Positions 9,137 through 16,812 of a stretch of 64,000 bases of DNA are shown here, piece by piece. Below the pieces are notes generated by a model that ran no database searches, was not told where the DNA came from, and saw only the letters and a list, made by a program, of their open reading frames with translations. Source of the DNA: an uncultured Acidobacteriota bacterium. GTDB taxonomy: Bacteria; Acidobacteriota; Terriglobia; Acidiferrales; UBA7541. The stretch spans positions 96,290 to 160,289 of the forward strand of contig CAWAAG010000024.1 in NCBI GenBank assembly GCA_963780035.1, given 5' to 3'. Both the position numbers and the translations under genes were made by a program. How positions within the stretch are numbered: the stretch's first letter is position 1; each line of letters starts with the position of its first letter.

Positions 9137-9919
9137 CTACGGTTTCGTGGACTTGCCCAGCGGCACTTCGTAGAACATCAAGGTCTTCTTGGTGGGAATC
9201 ACCACTACGTCCGGAACATACAGCACCGACGTATCTGCCAGCGACGGATCGTGGCTCACATCGAAGTAAAGAAATCCGTGCAGCGAGCCCATCGGCGCCA
9301 CGGTATCGGAATCCAAAGTCAGCGGCCGCAATATCTCCGCGTACTTCTCCGCTTTCTTGTCGGCGCTCGGCAGCGGGATCCCCGCAATCCGTCGCGGTTG
9401 CGAAGGCGCCGCGCCTCCCGGATGGGCGATCATCCCCGCTACATCCTCGGCGGATAGCCAGTCAATCTCCTGATGGTTGCCGTTGCGCAAATGCACTTCC
9501 AGCTGCACTGTATTCAGGTTCACTTGGATGGGATGATCAGTTGAATTGCGCAGGAACACTTCCACAGGCAGAACGCCCACTTCCAAGGGGTTGGCCTTCC
9601 CGAATTTTTCCTTGCCCCGCGCCTTATCTACGTACGGGTCGGCAAGAATTGTCAATCCGTCGTGCGTATCGTGCGGCAGCGACGCAGTCGGGTCCGGCGC
9701 AGTCTGCTGCACCTTGCTCGCCCCCGGCTCATTCCGCGCGTGTAGGACAGCAACGCTTGCAACAGCACAAACGAGAGACACCAAAGCTGCAGCGAAGAAA
9801 AGCGCAGAGGAAGGGCGGGGCTTCAGCCCCGCCGAAACGGCGAGAGTAATCGGGGCTTTAGCCCCTGAAGCCATCTTTCGCAATAACACTTGCACATTCG
9901 TGAGGTGAACTCTTCTCAT
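9137..9919 (-). CDS. Hypothetical membrane-anchored/secreted protein
   Basis: Only the C-terminal ~250 aa of track ORF 9137-10402 look protein-like: hydrophobic anchor ALFFAAALVSLVCAVASVAVL, then a mixed soluble domain. The upstream part overlaps waaA and is R/G/A shadow sequence. Start is 9919 or 9874 (both ATG). Confidence 0.5.
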   Translation of the reverse strand: MRRVHLTNVQVLLRKMASGAKAPITLAVSAGLKPRPSSALFFAAALVSLVCAVASVAVLHARNEPGASKVQQTAPDPTASLPHDTHDGLTILADPYVDKARGKEKFGKANPLEVGVLPVEVFLRNSTDHPIQVNLNTVQLEVHLRNGNHQEIDWLSAEDVAGMIAHPGGAAPSQPRRIAGIPLPSADKKAEKYAEILRPLTLDSDTVAPMGSLHGFLYFDVSHDPSLADTSVLYVPDVVVIPTKKTLMFYEVPLGKSTKP

Positions 9920-10036
9920 CTCCCTGTGCGATGCCTCGGCGCTGCCGGAAGTTGTGCGCGTTTCATGCAGGCTGCCACTATAATACTGGGCTTGCGCGAG
10001 GCAAAGCTCCTTTCGGAGCGCGCGCGAACCTACCGC

Positions 10037-11422
10037 ATGTATTTCTTTTATCGCATCCTGACGGCAGTCGGAATGTTCATCCTCGCGCCCTATTTCGCGC
10101 TGCGCGGCTGGCGCGCCGGAGAGCCTTCGCGCGCGCTCCGCGAGCGTCTGGGCAGCCTGCCGCCCGAAATTGCCGCTCGCGCCGCGGCTAGCTCCAGGGC
10201 CACAATTGCCAGCACTAGAGACGCCGCCGCTACAGACGCCGGCACAACCTCTGGCCCGATCTGGATTCACGCTGTTTCCGTCGGCGAAGTCCTCGCCGCC
10301 AAGCCCCTCGTCGATGGGCTGCAACGCCGCTTTCCCGGACGCGCCATCTTCGTCTCCACTACCACGGAAACCGGCCAGCGTCTCGCCCGCGAGCGCCTGC
10401 AATCCACCGACGGCATCTTCTATTTTCCGTTGGACTGGGTCGTGCCAGTCCGCCGCGCGCTGCGCGCGATCCGCCCCGCGCTCGTGATCATCATGGAGAC
10501 CGAGATCTGGCCGAATTTTCTACGCGAAGCTCGCCGCGCCGGCGTCCCGGTAATTTTCGCAAACGCGCGCATCTCCGAAAAATCCTTCGCGCGCTTCGAG
10601 CGCTGGGAATTTCTCGTCGGCGCATTCTTTAACCGCACCATGCGCGACGCGGAACTGTTTCTGACGCAATCTCCTGAAGACTCCGCGCGCCTTCTCGCCA
10701 TGGGCGCCGATGAAGACCGCATCGAAGTCACCGGAAACCTGAAATACGACGCCGAGCCGCCCGCCGTCGGCCGCTTCGGCACCTGGCTCGACCAGGAAAT
10801 CCGCCGCCAGGAACGTTGGCCGGTTCTGGTCGCCGGCAGCGTCGTCGCCGGAGAAGAAGACGCCGTGCTGGCGGCCTACGATCTCGTCCAGCGCCAGTGG
10901 CGACACACGCTGCTGATCCTTGCCCCGCGCAAGCCCGCGCAATTCGATACCGCCGCGGAAATTGTCGCCGCGGGCGGATGGAAAGTCGTGCGCCGCAGCC
11001 AACTCGACTCTGCCGCATCCCTCGACGATGACACCGACGTCCTGCTGCTCGATTCCATCGGCGAACTAGCCGGCCTCTATTCGCTTGCCGACGCTACTTT
11101 CGTCGGCGGCTCGCTCGCCCCCGCTGGCGGACACAACATCCTCGAACCGGCCTGGTTTGCTCGCCCGCCTGTCTTCGGCGCCTCCATGGAAAATTTCCGC
11201 GAAATGGCCGACCAATTTCTCGACGCGCATGCCGGCGTCCAGGTCACCTCGGGGCCCGGCCTCGGAAAGGTCTGGATCCAGCTCATCCAGGACGAAAAAA
11301 TGCGGGAACGCATGGGCAAGGCAGCGCGCGCCATCTCTGAACGCAATCGCGGCGCCACCGAACGCTCGCTCAATCGCATTGCCGCGATACTGAACGAATC
11401 CGCCAAGGGAAACGCCGCGTGA
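10037..11422 (+). CDS. waaA: 3-deoxy-D-manno-octulosonic acid (Kdo) transferase
   Basis: Start moved to the ATG at 10037 (MYFFYRILTAVGMFILAPYF, typical KdtA N-terminal anchor). Motifs IWIHAVSVGE, ETEIWPN and GGSL...GGHN(I)LEPA are characteristic of KdtA/WaaA (GT30). Overlaps lpxK by 4 nt. Confidence 0.85.
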   Translation: MYFFYRILTAVGMFILAPYFALRGWRAGEPSRALRERLGSLPPEIAARAAASSRATIASTRDAAATDAGTTSGPIWIHAVSVGEVLAAKPLVDGLQRRFPGRAIFVSTTTETGQRLARERLQSTDGIFYFPLDWVVPVRRALRAIRPALVIIMETEIWPNFLREARRAGVPVIFANARISEKSFARFERWEFLVGAFFNRTMRDAELFLTQSPEDSARLLAMGADEDRIEVTGNLKYDAEPPAVGRFGTWLDQEIRRQERWPVLVAGSVVAGEEDAVLAAYDLVQRQWRHTLLILAPRKPAQFDTAAEIVAAGGWKVVRRSQLDSAASLDDDTDVLLLDSIGELAGLYSLADATFVGGSLAPAGGHNILEPAWFARPPVFGASMENFREMADQFLDAHAGVQVTSGPGLGKVWIQLIQDEKMRERMGKAARAISERNRGATERSLNRIAAILNESAKGNAA

Positions 11423-12474
11423 CGTTCGCCGAATTCCTGCTCGCGCCGCTCTCGATTATTTATGGCGCAGTCGCGCACCTTCGCGCGCGCGCCTATCGCC
11501 AAGGAATTCTTAAGTCGCGGCGTCTCAGTGGTACGGTCATCAGTGTCGGCAATCTTACCGTCGGCGGCACCGGCAAGACTCCCATGGTCCTCTGGATCGC
11601 CGAGCGTCTCGCCTCCGAAGGCAAGAGCGTCGCCATTCTTACTCGCGGATATCGCGGCCGTCCCAGCGAATCAAGACCACCCAACGCTTCAGCTTCGAAC
11701 GCCTCCACCAGCGACGAAGTGCGCATGCTGCAATCGCGCCTCGGCGACCGCGTTGCGTTCGGTGTCGGCCCCGATCGCTACTCCAACGGCGCCGCACTCG
11801 CAAAGCGCGGCATAAACTGGTTCGTCCTCGACGACGGCTTCCAACACCTGCAACTCGCGCGCGATGTGGATATCGTCCTGATTGACGCGACGAACCCTTT
11901 CGGTGGCGGCCGCCTGCTCCCCGCCGGACGCCTCCGCGAATCGCGCTCCGCACTCGCCCGCGCGGACATCCTCGTGATCACCCGCAGCGACCATGCCCCG
12001 GCGGTCGAAGCCGCCGTCCGTCGCGAAACCGATGCGTCGATTTTTTACGCGCGCCCGAAGCTCGACGCCATCCACAGCTTCACGGACGGCCAGCTCGCTG
12101 GCAGTGTCGTCCCGAATGCTCTGGGCCCGCTCTTCGCCTTCTGCGCCATCGGCAACCCGCAATCCTTCCTGGCCGACCTGCGCGCGTGGGGTCTCGAAAT
12201 CGCCGGCCACAAATTCTTTCCCGATCATCACCGCTTTACGGACGCCGACGACGAAGAAATCCTGCGCGCGGCCACCGAAGCCGACGCCACCGGCCTGATC
12301 TGCACCGAAAAAGATCTCTACAATTTGCACGCCATCCATCACGGCAAAATGCCAATATTCTATTGTGCGATTTCGATGCAAGTGGACCGCGAAGACGAAT
12401 TCTGGAATGAACTCCTGGCGACAGCTAAATCGCGCGCCGAGGCATCTCAGTTAAAATTGCAAGTGACGAAATGA
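11419..12474 (+). CDS. lpxK: Tetraacyldisaccharide 4'-kinase
   Basis: 351 aa. P-loop VGNLTVGGTGKTP, then ILTRGY, DDGFQH and CTEKD motifs typical of LpxK. GTG start overlaps the waaA stop (GTGA). Confidence 0.85.
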   Translation: MTFAEFLLAPLSIIYGAVAHLRARAYRQGILKSRRLSGTVISVGNLTVGGTGKTPMVLWIAERLASEGKSVAILTRGYRGRPSESRPPNASASNASTSDEVRMLQSRLGDRVAFGVGPDRYSNGAALAKRGINWFVLDDGFQHLQLARDVDIVLIDATNPFGGGRLLPAGRLRESRSALARADILVITRSDHAPAVEAAVRRETDASIFYARPKLDAIHSFTDGQLAGSVVPNALGPLFAFCAIGNPQSFLADLRAWGLEIAGHKFFPDHHRFTDADDEEILRAATEADATGLICTEKDLYNLHAIHHGKMPIFYCAISMQVDREDEFWNELLATAKSRAEASQLKLQVTK

Positions 12475-12538
12475 ACGAAGCCGCAAGCGGCGCGATTGCT
12501 GATGCGATAACCGTATGATACTTTTCGCCACGGTCATC

Positions 12539-12635
12539 TGGGAGTGCGGGAGCTTGCTTGCCCTGAGGAACGAAGGGCTCCCGCCGTGAAGAGTGCCGTC
12601 CTGGCTTGATCTCCCTACGCGAGGCTTGCCTCGCG
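12539..12635. repeat. REP-C element with expanded first hairpin (copy 2)
   Basis: tgggagtgcgggagcttgcttgccctgaggaacgaagggctcccgcc ... cgcgaggcttgcctcgcg, in the lpxK-hldA spacer. Confidence 0.7.
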
Positions 12636-12686
12636 CGCAAGTTTGCAGCCACAGCAGACGTCATCCAAGCAAGAAACGGAGATTGA

Positions 12687-13766
12687 TTGGTCTCGATCAA
12701 ACCAAAGCGCGGCAAATCACGGCCCAAGCGCCAAACCACCGCACACGCCGCCGCCGACTCCACCGTTGACCTCACCCGCCTCTTGGATCTCGTCGCCTCC
12801 TTCCCCCGCCAAACCATCGGTGTAGTAGGCGACTTCGTCCTGGATGAATTCGTCTCCGGCGAAATTTCCCGCGTCTCGCGCGAAGCTCCCGTCCTCATCC
12901 TCCGCCATCGCAAAAGTGAGAGCTATCCCGGCGGCGCAGCCAACGCCGTAAACAATCTCGCCGAGCTCGGCGCGCGTGTACTGCCGGTAGGCGTCGTCGG
13001 CGATGACGAAGGCGGCCGCAAACTCCTCGAGCTCTTCCGCCGCAAACGCATCAACGTCTCCGGCATCCTCCGCGCGCCCGATTGGTCCACCACCACTAAG
13101 ACGCGTTACCTCGCCGGCTGGACTCACACCACCGAACAACAAGTTCTCCGCGTGGACCGCGAGCCGCAAACCAGCCTTTCTCCAAGAATCGCAGCAGCTA
13201 TCGCCCAAAAAGCCCGCCAGATCGCCATGCGCGCCGACGCCATCCTCGTCTCAGACTACGGTTTCGGCGCAGCCTCGCCCGCGCTGGTAAGAACTCTCAA
13301 AGCCAAGCGCCTCATGCTGGATTCGCGCTACCGTCTGCTCGAGTATCGCGACGCGGGCGTCACCGCCGCCACCCCCAACGAACCAGAAGTGGAAGCCGCC
13401 TACCAGAGCCGCGTCGGCACCGACACCGCGAAGCTCGACGAACTAGGCCAACGCGCGCTGCGCGATCTGAGCCTGGAAGCGCTGCTCGTCACGCGCGGCA
13501 AAGACGGCATGGCCGTCTTCGAACGCAGCCGTCCGCCGCGCCACATCCCGATCTATGGCTCGGACGCGCCCGTGGACGTCACCGGCGCCGGCGACACCGT
13601 AATCGCCGTTTTCACACTCGCTCTCGCCGCCGGCGCCACCTATCTCGAAGCCGCGCATCTCGCAAACTACGCTGGCGGCATCGTGGTCATGAAGCGCCGT
13701 ACCGCCACCGTCACCCGCTCCGAGCTGGAATCCGCACTGCGCCAGGATGCTACGGCCCCGCGCTGA
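12687..13766 (+). CDS. hldA: D-glycero-beta-D-manno-heptose-7-phosphate kinase (RfaE domain I, PfkB family), stand-alone
   Basis: VVGDFVLDEF..G...RVSREAPV...GGAANAVNN N-terminus and DVTGAGDT near the C-terminus match HldE domain I. Start uncertain (TTG in the track; the basic N-terminal extension is possibly not translated). Confidence 0.75.
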   Translation: MVSIKPKRGKSRPKRQTTAHAAADSTVDLTRLLDLVASFPRQTIGVVGDFVLDEFVSGEISRVSREAPVLILRHRKSESYPGGAANAVNNLAELGARVLPVGVVGDDEGGRKLLELFRRKRINVSGILRAPDWSTTTKTRYLAGWTHTTEQQVLRVDREPQTSLSPRIAAAIAQKARQIAMRADAILVSDYGFGAASPALVRTLKAKRLMLDSRYRLLEYRDAGVTAATPNEPEVEAAYQSRVGTDTAKLDELGQRALRDLSLEALLVTRGKDGMAVFERSRPPRHIPIYGSDAPVDVTGAGDTVIAVFTLALAAGATYLEAAHLANYAGGIVVMKRRTATVTRSELESALRQDATAPR

Positions 13767-13773
13767 CACACGC

Positions 13774-14262
13774 ATGGACACCCGCCAAAAAATTGTCTCC
13801 CGCGAAGGGCTGCACGCCATCCTCGATGAGCACCGCCGCTCCGGCCGCAAAATCGTCTTAGCCAATGGTGTGTTTGATCTGCTGCACGTAGGCCACGTGC
13901 GCTATCTGCAAGCCGCGCGCGCCGAAGGCGACCTGCTCGTCGTGGGAATCAATTCCGATTCCAGCACGCGCAAACTGAAGGGCGACGGCCGCCCCATACT
14001 CACCGAACGCGCCCGCGCGTCGCTGGTGGCCGCTCTGCGCTCCGTGGATTATGTCGTCATCTTCGACGATCTCGACGTAAATTCATTACTCCGCGAACTG
14101 CAACCACACGTTCACGCCAAAGGCACCGATTACACCGCGGACACCGTGCCCGAACGCAATCTAGCAGCCCTCCTGGGCATCCGCGTCGCCATCGTCGGCG
14201 ATCCCAAAGAACATTCCACCCGCGATCTACTCGCACGCATCCGCCACCACAACAATGCCTGA
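13774..14262 (+). CDS. hldC: D-glycero-beta-D-manno-heptose-1-phosphate adenylyltransferase (RfaE domain II, cytidylyltransferase fold), stand-alone
   Basis: Start moved to the ATG at 13774, just after the upstream stop. NGVFDLLHVGHVRYLQ (HxGH nucleotidyltransferase motif) and VVGINSD match HldE domain II. Confidence 0.8.
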   Translation: MDTRQKIVSREGLHAILDEHRRSGRKIVLANGVFDLLHVGHVRYLQAARAEGDLLVVGINSDSSTRKLKGDGRPILTERARASLVAALRSVDYVVIFDDLDVNSLLRELQPHVHAKGTDYTADTVPERNLAALLGIRVAIVGDPKEHSTRDLLARIRHHNNA

Positions 14263-15295
14263 TCCCACGCCTCAACAGACTCCCAGCCAAATCACCGAAC
14301 CGCGCTTCCTCCTGGTCCGTCTAGGCTCGCTCGGCGACGTAATCCACGCCCTCCCCGCCGCCTCTGCGCTGCGCGACACGTTCCCCGCAAGCCGCATTGA
14401 CTGGGCCATTGATCCCAAATGGCAGCGCCTCCTCGAAGGCAATCCCGATCTCAACGGAATAATCCCGGTAGACCGCAAAAGCCCCGCGGGCATCGCCGCC
14501 ACCGTCGGCACACTTCGCGGCGCTCAATACAGCTGCGCCATAGATTTTCAAGCGCTCTATAAATCCGCGGTTCTCGCGTTCTCTTCCGGAGCCCCGCGCC
14601 GCATCGGCTTCCAAAGCAGCTACGCGCGCGAGGCCCTCGCCTCGCTCCTCTATACCGATCACTTGAATCCGCGCGGCGGCCATAAAGTGGATCACAATCT
14701 CACGCTCGCCGAAGCAGCCGGCGCGCGCCTCTCGAAGCCGCGCTTTCCCCTCCAAGTCCACGCCGAGGACGAAGCGCGCGTCACCCAGGAACTCGCCCGC
14801 CACAACATTACCGACTTTTACGTGTTGAATCCCGGCGGAGGCTGGCGCTCGAAATGCTGGCCTCCCGAGCGCTACGGCGAATTGCATCGCAAGCTCGCCG
14901 AAGAGCGCGGCTGGCGCGGCATCGTCAGCTTCGGTCCAGGAGAGGAAAATTTGGCGCAAGAACTGGTCTCCGCTGCGGGCACTTTACCGCCCATTGCAAT
15001 TCCCCTTGCACTCGGCCCGCTCATGGCTCTCTTGCGCCGTGCGAAATTTGTAGTCTCGGCCGATACCGGACCGTTACACCTCGCCGCCGCGCTGGGCACG
15101 CCGTCCGTCGGCCTCTTCGGCCCCACCGATCCCGCCCGCAACGGCCCCTACGGCGACGCCGGCATCAGTGTCCGCAACCCGCGCAATAACGAAACGACCT
15201 ATCGCCGTGGAACGTCCTACTCTTCCGCCATGCTTTCCATTACAGTCGAGCAAGTAATGGACGCCATTGCGCTCCTGAAAGGATTTCGCGTTTGA
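14255..15295 (+). CDS. Glycosyltransferase family 9 (LPS heptosyltransferase, WaaC/WaaF-like)
   Basis: 346 aa. LLVRLGSLGDVIHALPA N-terminus, GGGW..KCWP and DTGPLHLAAALGTP motifs are typical of GT9 heptosyltransferases. Overlaps hldC by 8 nt. Which heptosyltransferase it is cannot be decided. Confidence 0.8.
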   Translation: MPDPTPQQTPSQITEPRFLLVRLGSLGDVIHALPAASALRDTFPASRIDWAIDPKWQRLLEGNPDLNGIIPVDRKSPAGIAATVGTLRGAQYSCAIDFQALYKSAVLAFSSGAPRRIGFQSSYAREALASLLYTDHLNPRGGHKVDHNLTLAEAAGARLSKPRFPLQVHAEDEARVTQELARHNITDFYVLNPGGGWRSKCWPPERYGELHRKLAEERGWRGIVSFGPGEENLAQELVSAAGTLPPIAIPLALGPLMALLRRAKFVVSADTGPLHLAAALGTPSVGLFGPTDPARNGPYGDAGISVRNPRNNETTYRRGTSYSSAMLSITVEQVMDAIALLKGFRV

Positions 15296-15885
15296 ACGAA
15301 GCCGTCGCAGTTCAGCCACGAAAATTCTGGATGCGCTGGCGCGTCCGCACCGGCTATCCGGTCGCCGTTCTTTACTTATTGCTGGCCTCTCCCACGCAGC
15401 ACTGGATCGCCATGGGCGCCGCCGTCGCCGCGTTCGGCCTGCTCGTTCGCGCCATCGCCGCCGGGCACCTCCGCAAAGATAGGGAACTGGCCACCACCGG
15501 TCCTTATGCGCGCACGCGCAACCCGCTTTATCTCGGCAGCGCATTTCTCGCCATTGGGTTTGCTATTGCTGGACATTCCTGGTGGGCGGGCAGCCTGGTG
15601 CTCGTCTATTTTGCGGTTTTCTATTACGCGGTCATGCGCAACGAGGAGCGCGACCTCCGCGCGCGTTTCGGCGTCCTCTACGACGAATATGCCGCCCGCG
15701 TTCCGCTCTTTCTCCCCAATTTCTTCGATGCGGGCTATGCCCACGTCTCCGAAACCGCCCCAGAACAGGCTTTCTCCTGGGCGCAGTACCGCCGCAATCG
15801 CGAATACAAGGCCTTAATCGGCACCATAGCTGGCATCGGCGTAGTCTGGCTGCGTATGTGGCTGCACGCCCGCTACGGCTACTAA
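15292..15885 (+). CDS. Isoprenylcysteine carboxyl methyltransferase/phospholipid methyltransferase-family membrane protein
   Basis: 197 aa, 4-5 TM helices. TTGPYARTRNPLYLG and NEERDLRARFG..Y are the ICMT/PEMT signature. Start overlaps the GT9 stop (TTGA); an alternative ATG lies at 15331. Confidence 0.65.
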   Translation: MNEAVAVQPRKFWMRWRVRTGYPVAVLYLLLASPTQHWIAMGAAVAAFGLLVRAIAAGHLRKDRELATTGPYARTRNPLYLGSAFLAIGFAIAGHSWWAGSLVLVYFAVFYYAVMRNEERDLRARFGVLYDEYAARVPLFLPNFFDAGYAHVSETAPEQAFSWAQYRRNREYKALIGTIAGIGVVWLRMWLHARYGY

Positions 15886-15975
15886 CGATTAGAATTTATA
15901 CCGGCAGACTTCAGGTTGGCGGCTTGGACTTCGCTGTTTCGCGAACGAATGAACGGGAACTGACCCAGGCAGGCG

Positions 15976-16236
15976 CTACTGCAATCTATATACCGCGTGC
16001 ATCACTCGCTGGAATTGCGGGCGGTAAATCAAATCAAAGGCGCGTTCCTTGCCCGGAAACATTTGCAGCGCAACTTTCCGTGTTTCCGCTATCATTTGCG
16101 CAGCGTCTTCCGCGGGCAAATCCCCGCTGGAAATCGTCTCCAGCGTGATATGGACCAAAATGCGCAGCCGCCGAATCCGGCGGCTTTCTTCATCGATTTC
16201 GTCCTGAGTGGGCCGAGCCAATGAGAAGTCGCTCAT
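15976..16236 (-). CDS. Small hypothetical protein
   Basis: Track ORF trimmed to the ATG at 16236 (MSDFSLARPTQDEIDEESRRIRRL...). Helical, charged, normal composition. No recognisable domain. Confidence 0.4.
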   Translation of the reverse strand: MSDFSLARPTQDEIDEESRRIRRLRILVHITLETISSGDLPAEDAAQMIAETRKVALQMFPGKERAFDLIYRPQFQRVMHAVYRLQ

Positions 16237-16324
16237 AAATGGCTGTGCGTTACCGGAAAACAAGTATGGACTCCAGCGCGGATGCGCGCAATAGTACCTG
16301 CGGCTACCCCGGAGGCACCCACTA

Positions 16325-16612
16325 ATGAGTGAGGAATATTCCAACGAGCGCGTCGTAGTGGCCCACACCGCCGAGAGTTCGACCGAAGCCATGGTAATTC
16401 GCAGCCTCTTAGAAAGCGCCGGGATCGCTTCGCCCGGCTCGGTTTCCTCCGACCCGTTCCCCATCCCTGAAAACCCCGAAGGCCCTCACAACCTCGAGAT
16501 CCAGGTGCTGGAATCGCAGGCCGATGAAGCCCGCAAAGTCATCGGCGAATATCTAGCTGGCAATACCACCATCACCGAAGACACCGATGGCGCCGACGAT
16601 TCATCCAGTTAG
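16325..16612 (+). CDS. DUF2007-like small protein (putative signal-transducing, PII-like fold)
   Basis: 95 aa. The pattern VVVAHT..STEAMVIRSLLESAGI...IQVLESQADEARKVI resembles DUF2007. Acidic tail. Assignment from memory of the family pattern only. Confidence 0.5.
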   Translation: MSEEYSNERVVVAHTAESSTEAMVIRSLLESAGIASPGSVSSDPFPIPENPEGPHNLEIQVLESQADEARKVIGEYLAGNTTITEDTDGADDSSS

Positions 16613-16684
16613 AATCCTGCCTTCGCCCCGACGCGGGAAACGTCACCCAATTGCAGTTCGTGGACGACCGTCGCGATTAGTAGC

Positions 16685-16701
16685 GCCGGCGTCTCGCCGG
16701 C
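16685..16701. repeat. REP-L hairpin gccggcg-tct-cgccggc (copy 2)
   Basis: Lies between the convergent genes 16325-16612 and comEC, followed by tcttcgcattt. Could double as a weak terminator. Confidence 0.6.
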
Positions 16702-16722
16702 TCTTCGCATTTGCCGTTGACC

Positions 16723-16754
16723 TTGTAGCGGCGCACTTCATTGCACCATCGAAG
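16723..16754. repeat. REP-B element, degenerate copy
   Basis: ttgtagcggcgcacttcattgcaccatcgaag. The 3' stem arm is mutated (gtgcgcc to ttgcacc), so the hairpin is weakened. Confidence 0.7.
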
Positions 16755-16812
16755 TTGCGCCGCGCACGGCATCGAGATGCTCGCGACACGATGCCGCCGT
16801 ACCAACGCCGCT

